From NCBI GenBank assembly GCA_020696385.1, contig JAEHCQ010000001.1, forward strand, positions 654,770-718,769: a stretch of 64,000 nt of DNA, read 5' to 3'. This stretch comes from Methanobacteriota archaeon. Its GTDB lineage: Archaea > Thermoplasmatota > Thermoplasmata > SG8-5 > JAGLSY01. Below, piece after piece: positions 29,149-37,988 of this stretch. The position numbers and the translations under genes are program-made. Positions within the stretch are counted from its first letter, which is position 1. Every line of letters starts with the position of its first letter. Under the pieces are notes generated by a model that was given only the letters and a program-made list of their open reading frames with translations, did no database searches and was not told the DNA's origin.

Positions 29149-31041
29149 ATGAGGGCACTATTCATTCACGCTGACTACCTCGAATACGAGGCGAAGAAGA
29201 AAACGAAACTGGCCGATGACATATCGGATGATAAAAAGAAAGGCCGCATAGAGGAGGCTCTGGTCACCTACATCAGCTTCGAAGAGATTGATGAGGGGAA
29301 AGAAGAGGCCAGTGCTAAATTATTGGCAGAGAATGTCATGGAGATAGCGGAGAAAGTGGAGACCAAGAACACGGTACTGTACCCCTATGCCCATCTGAGC
29401 TCGTCCCTCGGAAAGCCAGCATCCGGTAAAGAGATACTGGAAAAGACCGCGGAGATATTGGAAGAGAAGGGATACACCGTTCTCAGTTCGCCTTTCGGCT
29501 GGTACAAGAGCTTCAAGATAAGCTGTAAAGGACACCCCCTGTCCGAGCTATCCAGAGAGATCGTCGCCGGTGAGGATGAGGGGGGCGATGGCGAGGAAGT
29601 GTCTGAAGCCCTCAAGTCCGAGGAAAAGGCAGTGTCCAGCTGGTTCGTACTTGGCCTCGATGGAGAATTGACATCTCTGGAGCTCAAGAAAAACAAAGTC
29701 AAGGGCTATGATTTTGGAGATCATAAGCGATTGAAACAGTTCGTCCAGTACGAGATGGCGAAGAGTAGGACGGCTGGAAAAGAGCCACCGCATGTGGATA
29801 TTATGAAAAGACTGGAGCTTGTGGACTACGAGCCCGCGTCCGATCCAGGCAATTTCAGATATTATCCAAAGGGCAGGATGATGAAGTCCCTACTGGAAAC
29901 TTATGTGAACCAGGAAGTTAAGAGAACTGGCGGCATGGAGATCGAAACACCCATCATGTACGATTTCGAGCACCCGTCCCTCAAAAGCTACCTGCACAGA
30001 TTCCCAGCCCGTCAATATTCGATCCAAACACCTGATAAAAGGGTATTTCTCAGATTCGCGGCCTGTTTCGGCCAGTTCCTCATGATGCACGATGCCACGG
30101 TATCGTACAAACATCTGCCAATGAGGCTGTACGAGATGAGCCATTATTCCTTCAGAGCGGAGCAGCGTGGGGAGCTTACTGGCCTGCGAAGGTTGAGGAC
30201 CTTCACAATGCCGGATTGCCACTCATTTTGCGCCGATATCGAAATGGCCAAGCTCGAGATGCAGGACAGATTCCAACTATCTTGGGATGTCCTCAATGGA
30301 ATTGGTTTCCAGGTTCCGAATGAGCTTGAATTCGCCATCAGAGTTACAAAAGAATTCTATGATGAGAATTCGGAATTCCTTGCTGGCCTTGTCAAGAAAT
30401 GGGGCAAGCCAGCCCTTGTCGAGATGTGGGATAAGAGATTCTTTTATTTCATATTCAAATACGAGTGGAACTTCGTAGATTCTCAGGGAAAGGCCAGTGC
30501 CCTCAATACGGATCAGCTGGATGTGGAGAATGCCGAGAGATATGATATCAATTATGTTGGTATGGATGGCGAGAAGCATCATCCATACATCCTGCATCAA
30601 TCACCATCAGGCGCGATCGAGAGGGTGATGTACGCGCTTCTGGAAAATATCCATTTGAAGCAGATGACGGGCGAGAAGCCGAAATTCCCACACTGGCTGG
30701 CACCAACCCAGGTCAGATTTTTACCAGTGCACGATGATGTGCTGGAAAACTGTAAGGAGCTGGCTGGCAAGCTCAATGCCAGAGCCGATGTGGATGACCG
30801 CGACCAGAGCATTGGCAAGAAGATCCGGGATGCGGAAAAGGACTGGATAGACTTCATTATCGTATATGGAGAGAAGGAACAGGAAAGCGGAAAGCTATCC
30901 GTCAGGAGAAGGGATGGGGTCCAGGAAGAGCTGACAATTGAGGAATTGGCCAGCAAGCTTGCGGAACTGCAGAGAGGGATGCCAATGACATCCCTGCCAT
31001 TGCCCATGCTCCTGAGCAAAAGGATCTCATTCCGTGGATAA
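29149..31041 (+). CDS. thrS: Threonyl-tRNA synthetase, archaeal type with N-terminal editing domain
   Basis: MRALFIH, YPYAHLSS, PFGWYK.F.I.CKGHPLSELSR, LRFAACFGQF, PSGAIER. Confidence 0.96.
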   Translation: MRALFIHADYLEYEAKKKTKLADDISDDKKKGRIEEALVTYISFEEIDEGKEEASAKLLAENVMEIAEKVETKNTVLYPYAHLSSSLGKPASGKEILEKTAEILEEKGYTVLSSPFGWYKSFKISCKGHPLSELSREIVAGEDEGGDGEEVSEALKSEEKAVSSWFVLGLDGELTSLELKKNKVKGYDFGDHKRLKQFVQYEMAKSRTAGKEPPHVDIMKRLELVDYEPASDPGNFRYYPKGRMMKSLLETYVNQEVKRTGGMEIETPIMYDFEHPSLKSYLHRFPARQYSIQTPDKRVFLRFAACFGQFLMMHDATVSYKHLPMRLYEMSHYSFRAEQRGELTGLRRLRTFTMPDCHSFCADIEMAKLEMQDRFQLSWDVLNGIGFQVPNELEFAIRVTKEFYDENSEFLAGLVKKWGKPALVEMWDKRFFYFIFKYEWNFVDSQGKASALNTDQLDVENAERYDINYVGMDGEKHHPYILHQSPSGAIERVMYALLENIHLKQMTGEKPKFPHWLAPTQVRFLPVHDDVLENCKELAGKLNARADVDDRDQSIGKKIRDAEKDWIDFIIVYGEKEQESGKLSVRRRDGVQEELTIEELASKLAELQRGMPMTSLPLPMLLSKRISFRG

Positions 31042-31059
31042 ACTGGCAGAGGAATTTCA

Positions 31060-32841
31060 ATGCCCCTTCTGATGTCCGTGAACTCGATAAGTAAATCATA
31101 TGGCCCACAGCCAGTGCTGTCAGATATTTCATTCATAATAGACGAAGGCCAGAAGGTGGGACTCATAGGACAGAACGGGACTGGCAAGACCACGCTTTTG
31201 AACATCATCTATGGTATCGAAAAGGCAGACAGTGGCGAGATCACGGGAATGAAGGACAAGACACTGGGTTACATGACCCAGCTCAGCCCCCTGGAAGATT
31301 CGAAGACATTGATCGAGGCCATATCCAAGCCAACTGGCAAGCTGGGATCGCTTGCCAAAAAGATCGCTTATTTGGAGAATCGGCTGGAGAATCCAGGATC
31401 TATATCCACGGAGCAGATGGAGGAGATCTCTAAAGAGTACGCTAATTCTTTAGAGGAATTTGCGTCAAGTGGCGGCTATGGCCAGCCAACCCGGGCGGAG
31501 GCAGTGCTTGAGGATCTGAAATTCACGAAAAGACACTTTCACACAAAAGTGGGTGATCTGAGTGGTGGTGAGAAGACCAAAGCAAGGCTGGCCAGCATAC
31601 TTCTGGAAGCGAAAGGAGCAGATCTACTTCTACTGGACGAGCCCACGAATCACCTTGATATCGAGACAACGGAATGGCTGGAGGACTATCTGGCCAATTA
31701 CTCTGGCGCGGTCCTCATCGTGTCCCACGACCGGTACATGATGGACAAGGTCATCACAAAGAGCGTGGAGATCGAGAATACCGTGTCCAAGATATACTCT
31801 GGCAATTATTCTGATTATTTGGAGAAAAAGTCTTTCGATCTTGAGAAGAACATGAAGATGTACGCCAAGCAGCAGAAGGAGATCCAGAGACAGAAGGAAA
31901 TGATCCAGTGGATGCACAGTGTGTACAGTTTCAGCTCCCTGCACAAGACCCAGCAGAAGAAACTGGATCGCATGGACAAGATGGACAGGCCGACGGATTA
32001 TTCCAGGAAACTGGGACTGGAATTCGGAAAGGCTGAAAAGAGCGGGAAGGACACTATCGACGCACTGGGTGTGAAGAAATCATTCGGAAAGACTTCGATA
32101 ATCGGAAAGTGTGATTTCAGGATCGAGAAGGGCGATAGGATCGGCCTAATCGGCCCCAATGGCTCTGGAAAAACAACTCTCATTCGCATGATAATGGGAG
32201 AGATCGAACCAACCGCTGGCTCGATCAAAGTGAGCAAGGGTACGAGGATCGGCTACTACGCCCAGGAGCAGGATGGACTTATTCGAGGTAATACGGTCAT
32301 CCAGGAGATTCGAAAACACAAAAAGGACGCGGGCGAAGAATGGGTGCGGAAATACCTTGGCAAGTTCTTCTTCAGAGGCGAAGACGTGTTCAAAAAGGTC
32401 TTCACCCTGAGCGGTGGGGAGCGTGCGAGATTGTCGATAGCCAAGCTCCTGATGAGTGAACATAATATGCTGATACTGGACGAGCCCACGAACTATCTGG
32501 ATCTATACGCCAAGGCCTCGGTGGAAAAGGCCTTGAGAGATTATGAAGGCACGGTGATGATAATAACTCACGATCGAGCACTACTGGACAGTGTGGCCGA
32601 GAACATATTCGACCTGAGGGATGGGGCACTGAGCACCTTCAGCGGCAATTATTCAGATTATCGCAAGAAGGCGGGGAAAGCAAAGCTTTCCACCGGCGGA
32701 GACCTATACGAAGTTACCAAGAAATTCACCGACTGGATATCTGGCAAGAAGTATCAGAAGGGTGACAGGATAAGGATACCCGAGGGTGACATGGAGAAGT
32801 TCGCCTGGGCTGTCGAGAACAATCACCTGAAAAAGAAGTGA
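31060..32841 (+). CDS. ABC-F family ATPase (two NBDs, no TM domain)
   Basis: GQNGTGKTT/LSGGEK/LLLDEPTNHLD and GPNGSGKTT/LSGGER/ILDEPTNYLD, with YSGNYSDY and an inter-domain linker. Confidence 0.92.
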   Translation: MPLLMSVNSISKSYGPQPVLSDISFIIDEGQKVGLIGQNGTGKTTLLNIIYGIEKADSGEITGMKDKTLGYMTQLSPLEDSKTLIEAISKPTGKLGSLAKKIAYLENRLENPGSISTEQMEEISKEYANSLEEFASSGGYGQPTRAEAVLEDLKFTKRHFHTKVGDLSGGEKTKARLASILLEAKGADLLLLDEPTNHLDIETTEWLEDYLANYSGAVLIVSHDRYMMDKVITKSVEIENTVSKIYSGNYSDYLEKKSFDLEKNMKMYAKQQKEIQRQKEMIQWMHSVYSFSSLHKTQQKKLDRMDKMDRPTDYSRKLGLEFGKAEKSGKDTIDALGVKKSFGKTSIIGKCDFRIEKGDRIGLIGPNGSGKTTLIRMIMGEIEPTAGSIKVSKGTRIGYYAQEQDGLIRGNTVIQEIRKHKKDAGEEWVRKYLGKFFFRGEDVFKKVFTLSGGERARLSIAKLLMSEHNMLILDEPTNYLDLYAKASVEKALRDYEGTVMIITHDRALLDSVAENIFDLRDGALSTFSGNYSDYRKKAGKAKLSTGGDLYEVTKKFTDWISGKKYQKGDRIRIPEGDMEKFAWAVENNHLKKK

Positions 32842-32880
32842 TATCGATATTTTATTTTTATATTGTGGATCTAAGAATCA

Positions 32881-35448
32881 TTATCGATCCCTTTCATAAT
32901 GATCGTCATCATCATATCCATCATCTTCACCATATTCACGCTGTTCGGAATTCACAGAACTGGTCTTCCTGAAATAGAAGGCCATGATGATTATCACAGA
33001 AAGTATCAGGATCAGCACGAATATCACGATCACCCAGTTGTAACCACTACCGGATGTGCTTATGCCTTCTTCTATGAAGATCTCGACAGTGTCAGTAGCT
33101 GTGTTGCCAGCTTCGTCAGTAACTGTGAGTGTGACATTGTAAGTGCCGTGTTCCATGAACTTGTATTTTGGATAGATGCCGTCCAGAGTGACCATGGAGC
33201 CATTGTAGACGAAGGTCCAGGTGTAGTCGATTATACCCACATTGTCAGTGGAGTCCGAGGCATCGAGGGTGATCCAGATAGACATCTCGCTCTGTTGATC
33301 CGCCCCAGCATCCGCGACCGGAGCCTCATCATCCTCGACATGGACCAATATGGTATCTTGATGTGAATTTCCCGCATTGTCCATCACGGTCAATGTTACC
33401 AGATACTGGCCATAATGATTGAAGGTGAAATTAAAGGTCTCGCCGTGGAATTCCACACCCTGAGCCTCGTAGATGAAGTTCCACGTGTAATTGGAGATCC
33501 CCATATTGTCCGTCGAGTTCGACGCATCGAATATCATAGTGCTGAATTGGGATATTGTGTAATTGTCCTCATCGCCAGAAACCGCCACTGGCAATATCGT
33601 GTCAACAGCGATGGTCACGTCATACTGCGCTGGCGGGGCTTCCAGATTCCCGGCCAGATCCTGCGCGATGGTGTAGAACCGGTACCAGCCGTCATCCAGT
33701 ACCGTGACATTGTGGATGGTGGAATTGACGATATCCTCCTCTACCAGCTCCCAGCTACTCCATGATTGATTATTGAAGCTCTCGCGCATCCAGAGGTCGA
33801 CATTCTCGGCGGCTGGATACTGGCCAACCGACATCGGGCCGAAGCCACTGGCTGAATCATCAGCCTCCCATTCCAGGAATATCGTACGGTTATCTTGCCA
33901 GAAGTCTGGCTGTGATACTTCGGAAGAAGGAGCGGTGATATCGTAGGCGCATGCCCCATAGTCCGATAGGGGCATGGACTCGGTGTTGTTGAAAGCGTCA
34001 GTGGCTATGGAGTAGAATTCGTAATAACCTTCGCCATCCGGGAAGTCGAAGGTGAAGTTCCAGGGCGACTGGAAATCGGTTCCGAATTCGGTCCAGGAAC
34101 CGAAGGAGCCATTGTCCAGGGAGAAGATGTAGAAGAGGGTGATGTTCGTGATATAGGAATCATCACCATCATCATGTGTTACATTGATCTGGATCGGTGT
34201 ATTGGTCCAGTATGAATTGATCATGACTGTCGAGTTGGGAGTGGTGATGTCGTCTATCTGGGGCATGGTTCCATTGTAGGGATTCATGAGTGGATAATTG
34301 TCCACAGCGCCAGATCCACCGGATATTCCCGTGTAGTTTGTATCCCCGATACCATCGGTTCCCAGGATGTTCTGATCGGGGCCGTAATGTGTGTCAGTTC
34401 CAGTGTAATCGGACCAGTAATTACCACCGGAGGGATAGCCATTGTCCCAATAGTTGGTTCCAGTGTTGTCAAATGCTTGGTTTGTATTATCTAATATAAG
34501 ATTATAATAAATTGAATTGTTGTGTGAATTATCTATATTAATTCCTTCTACAGTGTTGGAATACATGGTGTTGTCGATCACTGAACTGTAATTAGTATCA
34601 TCGAGCCACAAACCACGCCAGGAATTATCACTGCAATTATTGTCTATGATTGTAAAATTATGTGATGATTTTATGAATATGCCAGCGACATTGTTGAGGC
34701 ATTTGTTTCCTTTAATTTCAGTGTGATTGGACCAAACAGAATTTATGCCCCAGTCGCCGTTGTCAGAACATGTGTTATTGATCATCGTATTGTTGGTTGA
34801 GAAGGATTGGAAGATCCCGCAATTGGAAATATCATTGAGCTCATTGTTAGAAACAACATTGTTCTTGGTGTTGACCAAAGCTATTCCAATACCATTGGTG
34901 GACGAATTGGTGAATATATTATTGGTAATGTAACTGTTGTTAGTATGTTCTAAATGAATTCCTTCAAGTCTGTTGTAATCGCCAGTGCAGTTATCAACAT
35001 AAAGGTCAGAGGATTTATAAAGATAGATTCCATAATAAAGATTGATGCTGGTGGTTGTGTTAGTAATAGTCCCAAATGTGGCATTGTAAATAATTAATCC
35101 CGATTGCATGAAATATGGAAATGTATTGACATCACTGGCATTGAGTAAACTACAATTCCTCACCACGAAATACTCGGTGGTATTTCCGATATACAGACAA
35201 TACCCAAACCCAGTCCCATTGATCTCCCAGTTCTCGATTATCCAGGGATCTGCCGATGTGCCGCTTCCATTCAGGCCAAGTGTGGCGAAATCCGTGTTAT
35301 TGTTTATCCTCACTGGAGCATGAGGCGTGAGCGCGGAAACCGTATCCGGAACACCAGCCTCCACATCTCCAGTATCACCTGGAACTATCATCATGCTCGT
35401 GAACATCATCATGCTTAACAGAATTATAATCGTCTTTCTCATACCCAT
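32881..35448 (-). CDS. Membrane-anchored surface protein: NosD-like beta-helix, Ig-like repeats, 2 PKD domains, C-terminal TM
   Basis: Signal peptide; G.GT..DPWII; GGNYWSDY...DGIGD...D.YPLM; ADAGADQ..DASDSTDNVGI; hydrophobic C-terminal segment. Confidence 0.88.
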   Translation of the reverse strand: MGMRKTIIILLSMMMFTSMMIVPGDTGDVEAGVPDTVSALTPHAPVRINNNTDFATLGLNGSGTSADPWIIENWEINGTGFGYCLYIGNTTEYFVVRNCSLLNASDVNTFPYFMQSGLIIYNATFGTITNTTTSINLYYGIYLYKSSDLYVDNCTGDYNRLEGIHLEHTNNSYITNNIFTNSSTNGIGIALVNTKNNVVSNNELNDISNCGIFQSFSTNNTMINNTCSDNGDWGINSVWSNHTEIKGNKCLNNVAGIFIKSSHNFTIIDNNCSDNSWRGLWLDDTNYSSVIDNTMYSNTVEGINIDNSHNNSIYYNLILDNTNQAFDNTGTNYWDNGYPSGGNYWSDYTGTDTHYGPDQNILGTDGIGDTNYTGISGGSGAVDNYPLMNPYNGTMPQIDDITTPNSTVMINSYWTNTPIQINVTHDDGDDSYITNITLFYIFSLDNGSFGSWTEFGTDFQSPWNFTFDFPDGEGYYEFYSIATDAFNNTESMPLSDYGACAYDITAPSSEVSQPDFWQDNRTIFLEWEADDSASGFGPMSVGQYPAAENVDLWMRESFNNQSWSSWELVEEDIVNSTIHNVTVLDDGWYRFYTIAQDLAGNLEAPPAQYDVTIAVDTILPVAVSGDEDNYTISQFSTMIFDASNSTDNMGISNYTWNFIYEAQGVEFHGETFNFTFNHYGQYLVTLTVMDNAGNSHQDTILVHVEDDEAPVADAGADQQSEMSIWITLDASDSTDNVGIIDYTWTFVYNGSMVTLDGIYPKYKFMEHGTYNVTLTVTDEAGNTATDTVEIFIEEGISTSGSGYNWVIVIFVLILILSVIIIMAFYFRKTSSVNSEQREYGEDDGYDDDDHYERDR

Positions 35449-35559
35449 CCGTCCTAATAATCAGATTATGCCATTCCGCTATTTATGGTTTGGTATGTTG
35501 CAAATCGCACATATGCGCGTTGATAATGCAACACGTGCACATGATTTAACCAAACCTTT

Positions 35560-36015
35560 ATGAATACAATGATATTGTTGGGGCAGATGACCGATGTCAA
35601 AAGGTTCAATATGATACTGGGAGCTATCGCGATAACCATACTGGTGACCTCGTGCGCGGCCTTCGCCTACACGATGGTTCCGAAGGGCGATACCGACAAG
35701 ATCATCGTGAACGGTGTGGATTTCACATGGAGCGATATTGAGAATGATTATGAAATCATCTCATTCAGTGTTGGCGATCTGGATTTCGAAGGCGTGAAGC
35801 TCAGCGAGATAATCGAGGACGCGGACATCCAGGATCATGAGACATACCAATACAAATTCACAGGAGCTGATGGGTATCAGAAGGATGTGGATTGGGACGA
35901 TGTCAATACTGGCTACATTGTTCTGGAAGACAAAAAGGTCGTATTCACGGAACAAACAAAGAGCTTCTGGGTCAGGGACCTGGTGACGATCGATATCGTT
36001 TGTATCAACTGTTAG
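35560..36015 (+). CDS. Membrane-anchored protein with one molybdopterin-binding (Oxidored_molyb)-like domain
   Basis: N-terminal TM; FEGVKLSEII..A...YKFTGADGYQKDV...WVRDLVTI pattern. Confidence 0.6.
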   Translation: MNTMILLGQMTDVKRFNMILGAIAITILVTSCAAFAYTMVPKGDTDKIIVNGVDFTWSDIENDYEIISFSVGDLDFEGVKLSEIIEDADIQDHETYQYKFTGADGYQKDVDWDDVNTGYIVLEDKKVVFTEQTKSFWVRDLVTIDIVCINC

Positions 36016-36088
36016 TAACGGAGAGTGAGTTCAATGAGTGAGCGAAGCAAACACATTGAAAATATCGGAATAAAATGGAGAGATTCAA

Positions 36089-36847
36089 GTGAGTGAGAAA
36101 TTAGGAATCGGGATCGCACTGGCTGTCGTAGTCGTTATCATAATCGGAATAGTGTATGTTGTTATTCCGGATGGGGACACTATTGATACCGGGGACACCG
36201 TGGAGTTCGATGGACAGGATTATTCCTGGGACGATCTGGCCGAGGATCTGGAGACCAAGACCGTGGATGGAAAAGAAGGACTGGCTCTCAGTGACATTCT
36301 GAACCTGACTGCTTTTGGCGACGAACTTGATGATGATAAAAATGAGACTTTGTTCACCATCATCGCGGAGGATGGCTGGCAGAAGAATGTATCATGGAAT
36401 GACATGATGCAGGGTATCCTGCTGGAAGAAAATACAGCCACTTATTTCCCACATTTGCCAGGAGCTTACAAGATCAGGGATATAGCATCCATAAATGAGA
36501 TCGATCTGGGTGCACTGGCCATCGTTGACCCAAATGGCTCATGGTCCTCAAGTGTGGAACTGACCTGGGATGGGATCTTCAATGATCTGAACACGACACA
36601 ATTCACCAGCGGAGATATCACATACGATGGTGTGGAACTGGTCGAAGTTCTGGAATATGCTGGATTCACAGATCTGGCCAATAAGACTTACAAGATAACC
36701 GCGGTTGACGGATATCAAAAGGATGTCGGCTGGATTGATATCCAGAATGGTTATCTAATCCTGGAGGACAATATGAGCGTGTTCCCGGACCTTACAAGCA
36801 AATACAGTATCAAGAATATCATAAGAATAGAGGTGGCAGACCTATGA
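36089..36847 (+). CDS. Membrane-anchored protein with two molybdopterin-binding-like domains (paralog of the upstream gene)
   Basis: N-terminal TM; repeats EGLALSDIL..AEDGWQKNV..KIRDIASI and DGVELVEVL..AVDGYQKDV..SIKNIIRI. Confidence 0.6.
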   Translation: MSEKLGIGIALAVVVVIIIGIVYVVIPDGDTIDTGDTVEFDGQDYSWDDLAEDLETKTVDGKEGLALSDILNLTAFGDELDDDKNETLFTIIAEDGWQKNVSWNDMMQGILLEENTATYFPHLPGAYKIRDIASINEIDLGALAIVDPNGSWSSSVELTWDGIFNDLNTTQFTSGDITYDGVELVEVLEYAGFTDLANKTYKITAVDGYQKDVGWIDIQNGYLILEDNMSVFPDLTSKYSIKNIIRIEVADL

Positions 36848-37533
36848 GAAAAATGAAGGATAATAAAGACAATATGAAGATCCTCGCGGGGATCATAGTA
36901 TTTGGATCGATTTGGGGACTTCTGGAATGTACACTGGGCGGTGTGAAATTCGGAGGAGTCCTGAGCAATTTCCCTATGGGCGCTCTTTTGGGCGGCCTGG
37001 TCGGGCTCGGGCTAATGGCCTACACCAGGAAGACGTACAATATCCTGGGCATGCAATTGGGCATGGCACTTGTTGCTGGATTGCTCAGATTCTGGGCTCC
37101 CATAGGCACATGCGTGATATGCTCCGCACTGGCTATAGCCGCTGAGGGTTTGGTCTTCGAGATGATATTCAACAGGCCGATGTTCGATATCAGAAAGGCT
37201 GGTAATCCACTGGTCAACCCAAAAAGTCTGGCAATGATCGGTGTGATCGCGGGATTCACGATTTACGTCACTGGCTACATGTTCACCCAGGTCTTTACTC
37301 CAGTCATCACGACCGGCGCATTCAACTTCTCCAACTTCAGCGCTGTCCTTCCACTCATAATTGGAAGGGGCTTCTTCGCAGCCGCTCTGGGTGGTATCTC
37401 ACTACCAGTGGCTGTCATGGCGAAGCAACTGTACATGAATGTCTACGAGATCAGGAAGGAACATTACTACGGAGTGGCAGCCAGTGTTTCAGCATTCTGC
37501 TGGATCGCGATGTTCGCCATATTCTACCTTTAG
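36844..37533 (+). CDS. Integral membrane protein, ECF S-component-like
   Basis: 229 aa, 6-7 Gly/Ala-rich TM helices (VFGSIWGLLE..., ALAIAAEGLVFE); ATGA overlap with the upstream gene. Confidence 0.55.
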   Translation: MRKMKDNKDNMKILAGIIVFGSIWGLLECTLGGVKFGGVLSNFPMGALLGGLVGLGLMAYTRKTYNILGMQLGMALVAGLLRFWAPIGTCVICSALAIAAEGLVFEMIFNRPMFDIRKAGNPLVNPKSLAMIGVIAGFTIYVTGYMFTQVFTPVITTGAFNFSNFSAVLPLIIGRGFFAAALGGISLPVAVMAKQLYMNVYEIRKEHYYGVAASVSAFCWIAMFAIFYL

Positions 37534-37544
37534 GAGTGAGAAGA

Positions 37545-37988
37545 ATGGCAACTGTCAAGATAATAAAGTTCGATCCATCGAAGTGCGATGGCGATCTGGC
37601 ATGCGAGAAAGCATGCTCCAATGTCCACCATAAGAACGAGAATGGTGGAGGATGGTCCGCGATAAGGATCATAAAAGGCGATACTGGCTTCGTGATGGAG
37701 AACTGCAATCATTGCGGTCTGTGCATCGACATGTGCCCGGTCCAGGCGATAAGAAGACTTGGAAGCGGGACCGTGGTCATAAACAAGAAATTGTGTATCG
37801 GCTGCCAGGCCTGTGTGGGATTCTGCTCCAGCGAGGTCATGAGAAAGGCTCCCGAGGTCATCACGCCCTTCAAATGCATATCCTGTGGCAAGTGCGTCAG
37901 CGCTTGTCCAAATGGCGCATTGGAGCTCGTAGAGGTGGAATTGGATGACATTGAGGAAACCGTATACCACAAACAGGGGGTGTGCTGA
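37545..37988 (+). CDS. 4Fe-4S dicluster electron-transfer subunit
   Basis: CNHCGLC..MCP, CIGCQACVGFC, CISCGKCVSACP; likely ATG at 37545. Confidence 0.92.
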   Translation: MATVKIIKFDPSKCDGDLACEKACSNVHHKNENGGGWSAIRIIKGDTGFVMENCNHCGLCIDMCPVQAIRRLGSGTVVINKKLCIGCQACVGFCSSEVMRKAPEVITPFKCISCGKCVSACPNGALELVEVELDDIEETVYHKQGVC

